A stretch of DNA of 64,000 nt from Macrostomum lignano. Taxonomy: Eukaryota. Of this stretch, positions 23,942-36,550 are shown one piece after another. The stretch lies in assembly GCA_002269645.1 (NCBI GenBank), contig NIVC01000158.1, positions 248,001 through 312,000 of the forward strand. The letters are read 5' to 3'. Every line of letters begins with the position of its first letter. Position 1 is the first letter of the stretch. The position numbers were made by a program, and so were the translations under genes. The notes under the pieces are model-generated. The model was not told the DNA's origin, searched no databases, and saw only the letters and a program-made list of their open reading frames with translations.

Positions 23942-26900
23942 ATGTCGTCGCCTAAAAGGCCTGTGGCTAATAAAGCTAATAAAAGTAGCTCCTGTACTCA
24001 CGTTGACATGGTGCTGCTCAGTTGGGAGGAGATCAAGGCTAAACAGGTGAGTAACTTCTGTTACTCATCTGATATCTCTTGTTTGATTGTTTAAATACAT
24101 TCAAAATTAATTTGAGTTTGTGTTTTTTTTCATTTTACAGCCAAAATGCGAGGACTGCGGCAAATTCTGCAAAGGCGCCTGCTGGCTGTGCCTGTTCCAG
24201 GACTGCGAATACGTGGGCTGCGGCTCCAGGCAGGCCGATCACAGCTCCAGGCATCAGGCGGGTGTTGCCTGGGGTTGTCAAATGGGCAATGGGGGGGTTC
24301 GGGGGAGATTAGGAAGATGGGATATCAGGGGAGATTAGGAAGATGGGATATCAGGGGAGATTAGGAAGATGGGATATCAAGTGAGATTAGGAAGATGGGA
24401 TATCAGGGGAGATTAGGAAGATGGGATATCAAGTGAGATTAGGAAGATGGGATATCAGGGGAGATTAGGAAGATGGGATATCAGGGGAGATTAGGAAGAT
24501 GGGATATCAGGGGAGATTAGGAAGATGGGATATCAGGGGAGATTAGGAAGATGGGATATCAAGTGAGATTAGGAAGATGGGATATCAGGGGAGATTAGGA
24601 AGATGGGATATCAAGTGAGATTAGGAAGATGGGATATCAAGTGAGATTAGGAAGATGGGATATCAGGTGAGATTAGGAAGATGGGATATCAAGTGAGATT
24701 AGGAAGATGGGATATCAGGGGAGATTAGGAAGATGGGATATCAAGTGAGATTAGGAAGATGGGATATCAGGTGAGATTAGGAAGATGGGAGATTAGGAAG
24801 ATGGGGGATATCAGGGGAGATTAGGAAGATGGGATTTCAGGGAAGATTAGGAAGATGGGATATCAGGGGAGATTAGGAAGATGGGATATCAAGTGAGATT
24901 AGGATGATGGGATATCAGGGGAGATTAGGAAGATGGGATATCAGGGGAGATTAGGAAGATGGGATATCAAGTGAGATTAGGAAGATGGGATTTCAAGTGA
25001 GATTAGGAAGATGGGATATCAGGGGACATTGGGAAGATGGGATTTCAAGTGAGATTAGGATGATGGGATATCAGGGGAGATTAGGAAGATGGGATATCAG
25101 GGGAGATTAGGAAGATGGGATATCAAGTGAGATTAGGATGATGGGATATCAGGTGAGATTAGGAAGATGGGATATCAGGGGACATTGGGAAGATGGGATA
25201 TCAGGGAAGATTAGGAAGATGGGATATCAAGTGAGATTAGGAAGATGGGATATCAGGGGAGATTAGGAAGATGGGATATCAGGGAAGATTAGGAAGATGG
25301 GATATCAGGGGAGATTAGGAAGATGGGATATCAAGGGAGATTAGGAAGATGGGATATCAGGGGAGATTAGGAAGATGGGATATCAGGGAAGATTAGGAAG
25401 ATGGGATATCAAGTGAGATTAGGAAGATGGGATATCAGGGGAGATTAGGAAGATGGAGGATACCAGGGGAGATTAGGAAGATGGGATATCAGGTGAGATT
25501 AGGAAGATGGGATATCAGGGGAGATTAGGAAGATGGGATATCAAGTGAGATTAGGAAGATGGGATATCAGGGGAGATTAGGAAGATGGGATTTCAGGGGA
25601 GATTAGGAAGATGGGATATCAGGGGAGATTAGGAAGATGGGATATCAAGTGAGATTAGGAAGATGGGATATCAAGTGAGATTAGTAAGATGGGATATCAG
25701 GTGAGATTAGGAAGATGGGATATCAGGGGAGATTAGGAAGATGGGATATCAGGTGAGATTAGGAAGATGGGATATCAGGGGAGATTAGGAAGATGGGATA
25801 TCAAGTGAGATTAGGAAGATGGGATATCAGGTGAGATTAGGAAGATGGGATATCAAGGGAGATTAGGAAGATGGGATATCAGGGGAGATTAGGAAGATGG
25901 GATATCAGGGGAGATTAGGAAGATGGGATATCAGGGGAGATTAAGAAGATGGGATATCAGGGGAGATTAGGAAGATGGGATATCAAGTGAGATTAGGAAG
26001 ATGGGATATCAAGTGAGATTAGGAAGATGGGATATCAGGGAAGATTAGGAAGATGGGAGATTAGGAAGATGGGGGATATCAGGGGAGATTAGGAAGATGG
26101 GATGTCAGGGGAGATTAGGATGATGGGATATCAGGGAAGATTAGGAAGATGGGATATCAGTGGAGATTAGGAAGATGGGATATCAAGTGAGATTAGGAAG
26201 ATAGGATATCAGGGGAGATTAGGAAGATGAAACATCGCTAACAAAGGCTCATCCGTATTCCCTGTGCAGACGGAAGAAGGCCACCCGCTGTGCATTAACC
26301 TGCGCAACAAGCGGTTCTGGTGCAGCAAATGCAAATGTGAAGTATTCGAGCATGGCAACACGCCGCAGTTTGTGCTGCGCAAATTCGCCGCCGGTTTCGA
26401 GAACTCGCAGCGGGGCCGGCCGGCGGCGGCGGAGAGCAGCTCGGATGAGGAGGCTGAGCCGGAGAGCCTGGGCCTCACTGGCTTGCGCAACCTGGGCAAC
26501 ACCTGCTACATGAATGCGGCTGTTCAGGCGCTGTCGCACTGTCGCCAGCTCACCCGATTCTTTCTGGACTGTCCGGGCCTGGCCAGACCCGGCCGATTCG
26601 CCGCCAGGAGCCTCGGGACGCCGCTGTGCTCAGCCTACGCCGGCCTGCTGGCCGATGTGTGGTCGCCGCAGCGACACTCGGCCGTGACGCCCCATCTGCT
26701 GCTGCAGTCCATGCGACAGGCGCATCCGGCATTCCGCAGCTGGGCCCAGCAGGACACGCAAGAGTTTCTGCGCTGCTTCATGGACCAGCTGCACGAGGAG
26801 TTAAAACGGCCCCTGCTGCTGCCGCCTGTCGGCGAGGAGGACGACGACGGAGGAGGCAACAGCGGCGATGGCGGCGGCGGCGATGCCAACTCCGACGGTG

Positions 26901-29900
26901 GCGCATCGGCTGGCGTTGCTGACGGTGCGGACTCGACCGCTGCTGGGGCGGCGTCGGCGCCGGGCTCAGCGGCGCCGATGGCGGCCTCTCCTTCGGCGAA
27001 CTCTCTGGTGTCGTCGACTGAAGCGTCGGCATCGGCAGGCGGAGCAGCGACGACGGTTGAAGACTGCGGGAACGCCGATCAGGGCTCTGTCGGGCCAGGC
27101 GAAGGCGCTGTTAAACGAAGGTGAGTTTAACCGCAACACACTACTGCCGCTGTCAGTAGCAAGTAAGCAATGCGCATTTTGCCATTTATATTTGATTAAC
27201 TAATGACAGCTGAAATCTCTTTTTCACAGCCGAATCCGCAGGTTTAATAGCATCATCTCCGACATATTCAACGGCAGTCTGGTGTCAACCGTTCAATGCA
27301 ACTCTTGCGAGAGTCTGTCGTCAACGCTTGAAGTCTTTCAAGACTTGTCGCTGCCAATTCCCGTGGCTGAGCAGTTGGCCGCCAGGCACAGAAAATCCAG
27401 CAGCGGCGGCGGCAGCAGCGTCAGCAGCAACAGCAGCTTCTGGTGGTTGACCTCGTTTCTGACCTGGCCACTGTCCTGGATGCGTGACTACTTTGTTAGG
27501 CCGCAAGTGAGCCTGCAAGACTGCCTAGACGCTTTCTTCTCCAACGACGATCTAAAGGTGAGTGTCGGTGAGTGTTAGGGAGTCGGCTTTTATGTCGGTT
27601 CAGAAATTTATATTGGTTTCGAATCAGAAAGTGACATAGGTGTCGATTCTGGAAGCGACATAGATGTTGTTCAGTAAGTAATGTACTTGTCGGCTCGTAA
27701 AGCAGCATTTGTGTCGGTTCGGAAAGCGACATAGGTGTCGGTTCGGATATCGACATAGGTGTCGGTTTGGATATCGACATAGGTGTCGGTTCGGATATCG
27801 ACATAGGTGTCGGTTCGGATATCGACATAGGTGTCGGTTCGGATATCGACATAGGTGTCGGTTCGGATATCGACATAGGTGTCGGTTCGGATATCGACAT
27901 AGGTGTCGGTTCGGATATCGACATAGGTGTCGGTTCGGATATCGACATAGGTGTCGGTTCGGATATCGACATAGGTGTCGGTTCGGATATCGACATAGGT
28001 GTCGGTTCGGATATCGACATAGGTGTCGGTTCGGATATCGACATAGGTGTCGGTTCGGATATCGACATAGGTGTCGGTTCGGATATCGACATAGGTGTCG
28101 GTTCGGATATCGACATAGGTGTCCGTTCGGATATCGACATAGGTGTCCGTTCGGAAAGCGACAGCTCGGGGAGTGTGTTCTGCTGTCGGGCTGAGTGTCG
28201 GTACTGCCACGCCCGCAGGGAGACAACATGTACCACTGCGCCAAGTGCGGCAAACTGCGAAACGGCATCAAATACTCGCGCATCAGCCGGCTGCCGGAGA
28301 TGCTGACTGTTCATCTCAAACGGTTCAGGCACGACTTTGCCTACTCGAGCAAAATCCACTCACACGTGGCCTTCCCGGTTGACGAGCTGGATATGAAGCC
28401 CTATTTGCACAGGGACTGCCGGGCCGCTCAGACTGTCTATGACCTGACTGCCGTTGTGTGCCATCACGGCTCGACAAGCGGCGGGCACTACACCGCGTTC
28501 GTGCTCAACTACGCCGGCATGCAGTGGTACGAGTTCGACGACGCCCGAGTCAGGCCCGTTGATGTCAGCGCTGTGGAGTGCGCGCAGGCCTATGTGCTGT
28601 TTTATAGGTTGGTGACGAATTCCGTTTGGTGGTTATGCCACTTGATGTGGTCGAAATGTGTCTGGAAATTGCGTCACATCTGTAGATGTGCTTTGAATGT
28701 GTCTTGCAGATCGTCACGAATGTGTCAGAAATGTGTCCGTTGGTTTGCAAGAAATGTGTTCACTGGTGTGTCAGAAATGTGCCCCGTGAATGTGTCAGAA
28801 TTATGTCCGGTGGATGTGTCAGAAATGTGTCCACTAATGTGTCAGAAATGTGCCCCGTGAATGTGTCAGAATTATGTCCGGTGGATGTGTCAGAAATGTG
28901 TCCGTTGGTTTGCAAGAAATGTGTCCACTGGTGTGTCAGAAATGTGCCCCGTGAATGTGTCAGAATTATGTCCGGTGGATGTGTCAGAAATGTGTCCACT
29001 AGTGTGTCAGAAATGTGCCCCGTGAATGTGTCAGAATTATGTCCGGTGGATGTGTCAGAAATGTGTCCACTGGTGTGTCAGAAATGTGTCCGGTGGATGT
29101 GTCGGAAATGTGCCCCGTGAATGTGTCAGAATTATTTCCGGTGGATATGTGTCGGAAATGTGTCAGATGGATGTGTCAAAAATGTGTCAGGTAGATGTGT
29201 CAGAAATGTATCAGGTGGATGTGTCAGAAATATGTCGGAAATGTATCCGGGGATGTGTCAGAAATGTGTCTGGAAGTTGCGTCACATCTGTAGATGTGCT
29301 TTGAATGTGTCTTGCAGATCGTCACGAATGTGTCAGAATTATGTCCTGTGGATGTGTCAGAAATGTGTCCGGTGGATATGTGTCGGAAATGTGTCAGATG
29401 GATGTGTCAGAAATGTGTCAGGTAACTGTGTCAGAAATGTGTCAGGTGGATGTGTCAGAAATATGTCGGAAATGTATCCGGGGATGTGTCAGAAATGTGT
29501 CCGTTGGTTTGCAAGAATTGTGTCCACTGGTGTGTCAGAAATGTGCCCCGTGAATGTGTCAGAATTATGTCCGGTGGATGTGTCAAATGTGTCCACTGGT
29601 GTGTCAGAAATGTGTCCGGTGGATGTGTCAGAAATGTGTCCTGTGGATGTGTTAGAAATTTGTCCGGTGAATGTGTCAGAATTATGTCCGGTGGATGTGT
29701 CAGAAATGTGCCTATTGAATGTGTCAGAATTATGTCCGGTGGATGTGTCAGAAATGTGCCTATTGAATGTGTCAGAATTATGTCCGGTGGATGTGTCCTG
29801 TGGATGTGTTAGAAATGTGCCTATTGAATGTGTCAGAATTATGTCCGGTGGATGTGTCAGAAATGTGTCCGTTAGTTTGCAAGAATTGTGTCCACTAGTG

Positions 29901-31868
29901 TGTCAGAAATGTGTCAGTTGGATGTGTCAGAAATGTGTAAAATGTGTCAGGTAGTGTTTCAGCACTAATAACTCGCCCCCATCGCTCCAACTCCGCGCTG
30001 TCCATCTCTGCCAGAAAGCGTGACGAATGGATGCAGCCAATGCGAGTGAAAGTTAGCGAAATCATGGAGACGGAGGGGGTGAGTAGCGACTGTTGTTATT
30101 GTTGGAACAAATTCGTAAAGTTCCAGTAGTTAGTTTGCATTTCCGCACTATTGAGATTCCTGGAGTTTAGCATTGCCCCGATCATTACAATTCATAGCTT
30201 TTGTTACATTCCCGAAATGTTACATTCTTCCTTAAAAATCACATTCCTTAGTGTGCATTCCTTGGAGATTACATTCCCTAGAGATTACATTCCCTAGAGA
30301 TTACATTCCCTAATAGATTACATTCCCTAGAAATTACATTCCCTAAGAGATTACATTCCCTAGAGATAACATTCCCTAGAGATTACATTCCCTAGAGATT
30401 AGATTCCCTATAGTTTACATTTAATACATTCCCTAAGAGATTACATTCCCTAAGAGATTACATTCCCTAAGAGATTACATTCCCTAAGAGATTACATTTC
30501 CTAAGAGATTAAATTCCTTATAGTTTACATTCCCTAAGAGATTACATTCCCCAAGAGATTACATTTCCTAGAGATTACATTCCCTAGGAGATTACATTCC
30601 CTAGAGATTACATTCCCTATAGTTTACATTCCTTAAGAGATTACATTCCTAGAATATTACATAATTTCCATCCCCTAGGCTAAAAGTTTAATTTTTCAGG
30701 AATCCTACACAGAATCGCATTCTTACCAAAGCATTACTCAATGAATTTTACATTCCCAAGAATGCTCCACCCCCCCCCCCGGCCGCAGGACTCGTCCAGC
30801 CTCATGCCATTCTACATCTCCCGGTCTTGGCTAAACAAATTCAACACATTCGGCGATCCCGGCCCAATCAGCAACGAAGACTTCCTGTGCCCGCACCACC
30901 TGCTGTCGCCGCACGTGGCCGACTATCCCGAAGACGTGGTGATGCGCCTCCCCTACCGCGCCTGGGACATCCTCATGACCGAGTTCGGCGGCGGGCCCAC
31001 AGTCAACAGGCTCGGCCCGTGCCCGGAGTGCGCCGGCGACTTGGAGCGAACCCGCGACCGCGCCCGCCAGGAGCTGGCCACGCTGACCAGGGAGCTGCAG
31101 CATTTCCAGCGGGTAGCCGGGCCCGGTCCGCTGTACTGCATCAGCATGCGCTGGTTCCGCAAGTGGGAGAGCTTCGCTACTGAGAAACAGCTGGAGCCGC
31201 CTGGGCCCATTGATAACAGCGGCATTGTGCTGCGCAGGGGCAACCGCCTCCTGCCTAGGGCTAACAGCGACTGTGCTCAGGTCTGCCTGCGGCACTTCCT
31301 CTCTGCCTCTGATTCTGGGTCTCTACCCTCCCTGATCCTCCAGCGGGTCTCTACCCTCCCTGATTCTTTAGCGGGTCTCTACCCTCCCTGATCCTGCAGC
31401 GGGTCTCTACCCTCCCTGATTCTTTAGCGGGTCTCTACCCTCCCCCTGATTCTCCAGCGGGTCTCTACCCTCCCCCTGATTCTCCAGCGAGTCTCTACCC
31501 TCCCCCTGATTCTCCAGCGAGTCTCTACCCTCCCCCTGATTCTCCAGCGGGTCTCTACCCTCCTCCCTATTTAGCGAACCCCCTTCACCCTCAAAATGAT
31601 TGTAATTATAATCACACTGCTCCCGCAGGTGTCCGGCCGCATGTGGCGCTATTTTCTCTCAATCTATGGCGGCGGTCCCGAAGTGAAGATTGAAGGCTCC
31701 TCCAGTCAGCAGCGACGCAGCAGGAGCAGCAGCAGCAGCAGAGCCAGCAACGGAGGCAGCGTAAGCGGCGGCAACGATGAAAGCCGCTGCAGCGGGAACG
31801 AAAGCGAGACAGGCCGCGGCACCGATGCCAGCGCCAGAGCTGCGGCGCTTGACGCGGACAAAGATTGA
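23942..31868 (+). CDS. USP20: ubiquitin-specific protease 20/33 family (about 861 aa, 8 exons)
   Basis: Exons 23942-24046, 24141-24257, 26270-27120, 27230-27557, 28219-28607, 30015-30078, 30789-31280 and 31629-31868 join in phase. ZnF-UBP, Cys box GLRNLGNTCYMN, QQDTQEFL, His box GGHYTA/WYEFDD and two DUSP domains (PGPISN, PGPIDNS). USP20 versus USP33 cannot be resolved. Confidence 0.94.
24301..26229. repeat. 26 bp minisatellite (GGGGAGATTAGGAAGATGGGATATCA) filling USP20/33 intron 2
   Basis: About 74 copies; about 40 nt of unique sequence at each intron end. Confidence 0.97.
27712..28165. repeat. 24 bp minisatellite (GTCGGTTCGGATATCGACATAGGT) in USP20/33 intron 4
   Basis: Near-perfect core with degenerate copies from about 27560. 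Confidence 0.96.
28650..29950. repeat. complex GTGTCAGAAATGTGTCC-based array in USP20/33 intron 5
   Basis: Irregular units with repeated higher-order blocks. Confidence 0.92.
30265..30660. repeat. 16-17 bp minisatellite (GAGATTACATTCCCTAA) in USP20/33 intron 6
   Basis: ttacattccc recurs throughout. Confidence 0.92.
31305..31565. repeat. ~30 bp minisatellite (GGGTCTCTACCCTCCCCCTGATTCTCCAGC) in USP20/33 intron 7
   Basis: About 9 copies. Confidence 0.92.
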
Positions 31869-31984
31869 AACTTCGATTATTAAATATTCGGTAATTATTA
31901 TTTCCTTACTCTTCGTACACTGTTGTAGTTTGCACAGGGGAAACGTTCGTTTTAAATTTATCATTTTCAGATTTTTTCAAACCT

Positions 31985-33280
31985 GACTGGTCGGGACTTG
32001 ACCCACCACAACTGGTCGGGACTTGACCCACCACAACTGGTCGGGACTTGACCCACCACAACTGGTCGGGACTTGACCCACCACAACTGGTCGGGACTTG
32101 ACCCACCACAACTGGTCAGGACTTGACCCACCACAACTGGTGAGGACTTGACCCACCACAACTGGTCGGGACTTGACCCACCACAACTGGTGAGGACTTG
32201 ACCCACCACAACTGGTCGGGACTTGACCCACCACAACTGATCGGGACTTGACCCACCACAACTGGTGAGGACTTGACCCACCACAACTGGTCGGGACTTG
32301 ACCCACCACAACTGATCGGGACTTGACTCACCACAACTGGTCGGGACTTGACCCACCACAACTGGTGAGGACTTGACCCACCACAACTGGTCGGGACTTG
32401 ACCCACCACAACTGGTCGGGACTTGACCCACCACAACTGGTCGGGACTTGACCCACCACAACTGGTCGGCACTTGACCCACCACAACTGATCGGGACTTG
32501 ACTCACCACAACTGGTCGGGACTTGACCCACCACAACTGGTGAGGACTTGACCCACCACAACTGGTCGGGACTTGACCCACCACAACTGGTCGGGACTTG
32601 ACCCACCACAACTGGTCGGGACTTGACCCACCACAACTGGTCGGGACTTGACCCACCACAACTGGTCGGGACTTGACCCACCACAACTGGTCGGGACTTG
32701 ACCCACCACAACTGGTCGGGACTTGACCCACCACAACTGGTCGGTACTTGACCCACCACAACTGGTCGGGACTTGACCCACCACAACTGGTCGGGACTTG
32801 ACCCACCACAACTGGTCGGGACTTGACCCACCACAACTGGTCGGGACTTGACCCACCACAACTGGTGAGGACTTGACCCACCACAACTGGTCGGGACTTG
32901 ACCCACCACAACTGGTGAGGACTTGACCCACCACAACTGGTCGGGACTTGACCCACCACAACTGATCGGGACTTGACCCACCACAACTGGTCGGGACTTG
33001 ACCCACCACAACTGGTCGGGACTTGACCCACCACAACTGATCGGGACTTGACCCACCACAACTGGTCGGGACTTGACCCACCATAACTGGTCGGGACTTG
33101 ACCCACCACAACTGGTGAGGACTTGACCCACCACAACTGGTCGGGACTTGACCCACCATAACTGGTCGGGACTTGACCCACCACAACTGGTGAGGACTTG
33201 ACCCACCACAACTGGTCGGGACTTGACCCACCACAACTGGTCGGGACTTGACCCACCACAACTGGTGAGGACTTGAGCCA
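31985..33280. repeat. 25 bp minisatellite (CACAACTGGTCGGGACTTGACCCAC) just 3' of USP20/33
   Basis: About 52 near-identical copies starting about 115 nt after the stop. Confidence 0.97.
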
Positions 33281-33844
33281 CCATATTTAGCCAGATGGTA
33301 TATTTATATCTGGTAATGGACCCCGTAGTAAATGTTTTTGCTATCCTAATCATCTCATTTAATTTCGAAACAATTTTTAGCAAAAAAATAATTTTTGCCA
33401 ATTCTTGCATGCTGCCTCGGTTACGAAGTTAGTTTAATAGCTTTTATTGTTTATGCCGGATTTAGGCTTGTTTTGCCTTGACGCTTCTTGCGAGGCGTTG
33501 ACTCATATTACTTAAGCAAAATTGTATTATTTCTTTTAGGAGTGGAGAACCCTCTGCTGTTCTGTTGCGCTGCTCCCGCTTATTTACAAGATTGTTAATT
33601 GCTTTTGTGTTGTCCATGCACGTGTCATGTGAATTTCAGATATTAAAATACACGAGTTTTGAGTATAATATATATGTATATTTGTTCATTGCCTTCTCTC
33701 GAATAAGAAAACGTTTTTCTAAACTAGACTTTATTTTTGCGTCAATTATTTAATATCTATTTCTAGGCTAGATAGTAGGCCTTATTTATACCTTCATTTT
33801 CATGTTGTTAGCATTTGACTGTAATCTTGCCTAAGTAGTAATAC

Positions 33845-33995
33845 TGGGTGCTTAAAGCGGTAATCTCGATGCTTAAAGCGGTAAGCTGGATGCTTAAAGC
33901 GGTAAGCTGGATGCTTAAAGCGGTAAGCTGGATGCTTAAAGCGGTAAGCTGGGTGCTTGAAGCGGTAGGCGGGATGCTTAAAGCGGTATGCTGGA
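33845..33995. repeat. 21 bp minisatellite (TGCTTAAAGCGGTAAGCTGGA)
   Basis: About 7 copies. Confidence 0.88.
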
Positions 33996-34467
33996 TCTAC
34001 TAGCTAGCTGCAATAGGGAGGGCAGTCAGTCTGCAGTGCATTGCAAGGCCGTGGATGTTAAAAATGTTTTCCTCTGGACCCAAAACAACCCAAGTCCCAC
34101 TCTGTACATGTACAGTTTCTAAAGGGGTACAGAGGGATGTTGCGCATAGTTTGTTTGTACAGAACAGTGCAGTTATTTGCATCGGATAGGATTTGAGTTG
34201 CTCAAATCTGTATACATACTTGTTCTATTATTAATTTAGATAGAGTTTACAGCTACTTTTTAATTACTGACTGCAAAATGTTTGTAAATCTGTTTAGAAA
34301 AAGCAATGGCGGTTGTATACAGTTTGTGTGGAATATAGTTTTTTCATTTGATTGTCCATCTTTGAGCGTTGGCTCTCTCCAATATTAATGTATTTTTTTC
34401 AAACATATCAATGTATACAATTGCGGGCAGAATGTTATAATGATAGTGCATGCATGTATACTGGCTG

Positions 34468-35476
34468 GTACCAAGGACTACTTAACTAGAAGGACGCTAA
34501 ACTCTAAAATGGTGGCAAAATAGTTGAAGGCCGATTTTTCTTTTCCCTATAAATTTTGAGAAGTTGCACGTATGAAGATGATCCTTTCACTCGGAAGCGC
34601 AGAATTTATTCTTCTTTCAACCAAATTGTTACTCGTATCTGTAGCTGCAGGTGTTCGACAGAATAGTGTACAGTAAACTACACGTACCCCCAGTTCAGTA
34701 ACTTAACTACTTAACTAGACAAGCTTAAAACAATAGAGGATTCATGTTCTATAAGATCGGAAAATATCAAGTAGCCATTTTACTATCCAAACCTAAACGA
34801 AGCCGATCTCGTCATATAGGCATACTTATCATAGCTATACATAAGCATAAGCAGAAGCATGAATAAGCCTAGCATATAGCTACAGCTAGCATAGTGAGGC
34901 AAACTTTTAATCTTTTAATTTTTTGTTGGTAGCTAAATTATTCATTAATGCATTTCATATAGGCATACTTATCATAGCTACACATAACATAAGCAGCAGA
35001 AGCATGAATAGGCCTAAGCCTAGCAATAGCATATAGCTATAGCTAGCAAAGTGAGGCAAACTTCTGAGATATTATATTAGGCCTATATCAACAGCTCACA
35101 CATGGTTCAAAAAATTAGTGTTCAAAGTCAACTGAAAACTTTTGCATAGATTGACAGGCCACAAAATAGGAAGGCATACAAGACTAGCTACACTATAGCT
35201 ATGCATTGTTAGCTATATAGTTAAAATCTATATAAATTGTACCCAACATTAAATTCCAACGAAAGCAATACAAAACAATGTCGGCAAGGTTCAATGGAAA
35301 CAAATATTTTGATGTCTAGCAACGATATAGTATGGTCAAGGTGTTACTCAACTTTTTTGGTTAAAAAGTATAAAATTCCTATCTCGCTAATGCATTTTTC
35401 GTCGAAAATCGGCCTTCAACTATTTTCCACGAATCGTGAGTTTTACGTCCTCTTATATGCTAGTGGTCCTTGACTG
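34468..35476. mobile_element. MITE-like element with ~70 bp imperfect TIRs
   Basis: aaaatagttgaaggccgatttt (~34516) is the exact reverse complement of aaaatcggccttcaactatttt (~35405); flanking similarity extends outward; a related cagtcaaggaccactag occurs at ~50281. Confidence 0.55.
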
Positions 35477-35957
35477 GTACATGTACATTATTTGAACATG
35501 GTCAGCCACTTGCCCACCACTGTACTATAGTAACCAACTTCATTTAGAGATCCAGGGTACCGCATATCTATCTGCATTTATATTTATATTTATGAATTAT
35601 ATATATGCAGATGCAGATAGATCGCTTTTAAAATTTAACGTATATATGCATTTGAAATGAGCCCATGCAGTTATATGCATGGCAACTACACTAGAAATCT
35701 GGCCTTTTGCGTGCATAATATAAATCCCTTGGGATCGAGTGAGTAAGTAGAACGACTTACGAGTATTAAAGAATAGAGATGATAGTAGAAGGGGTGACAC
35801 AGTTATCAAATCAAAGTTAGCCCCCCTGATGTAGTTACACATAGAAATCTAGAATACTAACTAGTATTCTAGATTTCTATGAGTTACATGCATAATAATT
35901 ATAATTTCTTGATATTGTTGACATGATTGATTACACCTGCCCCAATGTTGGGCAGAT

Positions 35958-36205
35958 GTGCAACCGACAGCTCAGCCGCAGCTATTGCGTGGCGCATCTG
36001 AAGGCTGCATACGGCCGTTCAGTCCCACGACTGTGGGTTGCCACACACACACACACACACACACACCCATTTTACAGCTGCGTGAACTGAAGCAATGCAG
36101 AGTTAACTATTGTTCAAGGACACAAATTGTTCCCAGTGGATCGAAATTCGAACCCCTGACCTTTCAGTCGCGAGTCTGACGCTCTATCCACTAGGCTGCA
36201 TCACC
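35958..36205 (-). mobile_element. tRNA-derived CORE-type SINE
   Basis: Minus strand: ggtgatgcagcctagtggatagagcg (A box)...ggttcgaat (B box), then gtgtccttgaacaa...cagctgtaaaatggg, which resembles the MIR/CORE domain. Confidence 0.65.
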
Positions 36206-36550
36206 AACATTTTGCAGTTGTACTTTTAAAAACTGCCTGTCTAACTGTAGAATAAGCTTAGATATGTTTTTATTTTGTGTTAACTTCTATCTAAAGCTTG
36301 TTAACCTATCTGCAGGCTGCAGAGGGCAGGCCTGGAGATCGAAATTCGAGAAACCTTGGCATACAATTTTTAGCTACGAATACGAGCCTGCAGACACCAC
36401 TCTCCCTGTGCTAAGTGCGCCCGACCCTGTGCATTTATTCCGAACTAAGCAGTTGATAAATAAGATTGTTTAGTTAAAGAAGGGCCGCAGTTAGTCTTAG
36501 ATATTAGTGTTTACGAGATAGATGGATTTCATAAGCCTATTAATCTAAAT

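Noticed and set aside
24301-26229. GATTAGG resembling telomeric TTAGGG
   Set aside because: Part of a 26-bp unit with no (TTAGGG)n run
27496-28359. 287 aa minus-strand ORF with MSISEPTP repeats
   Set aside because: Antisense to USP20/33 exon 5 plus the 24-bp array; open only because the unit is a multiple of 3
28686-29954. Cys-rich ORFs resembling keratin-associated or metallothionein-like proteins
   Set aside because: Derived from the intron-5 array; the real exon is 30015-30078
31985-33280. CRISPR-like regular repeats (here and at other arrays)
   Set aside because: Head-to-tail units with no unique spacers, no cas genes, and a eukaryotic context
31967-33410. 430 aa and 360 aa minus-strand ORFs
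   Set aside because: Translations of the 25-bp array
36130-36205. Possible tRNA gene on the minus strand
   Set aside because: Followed by a CORE-like body; interpreted as a SINE head
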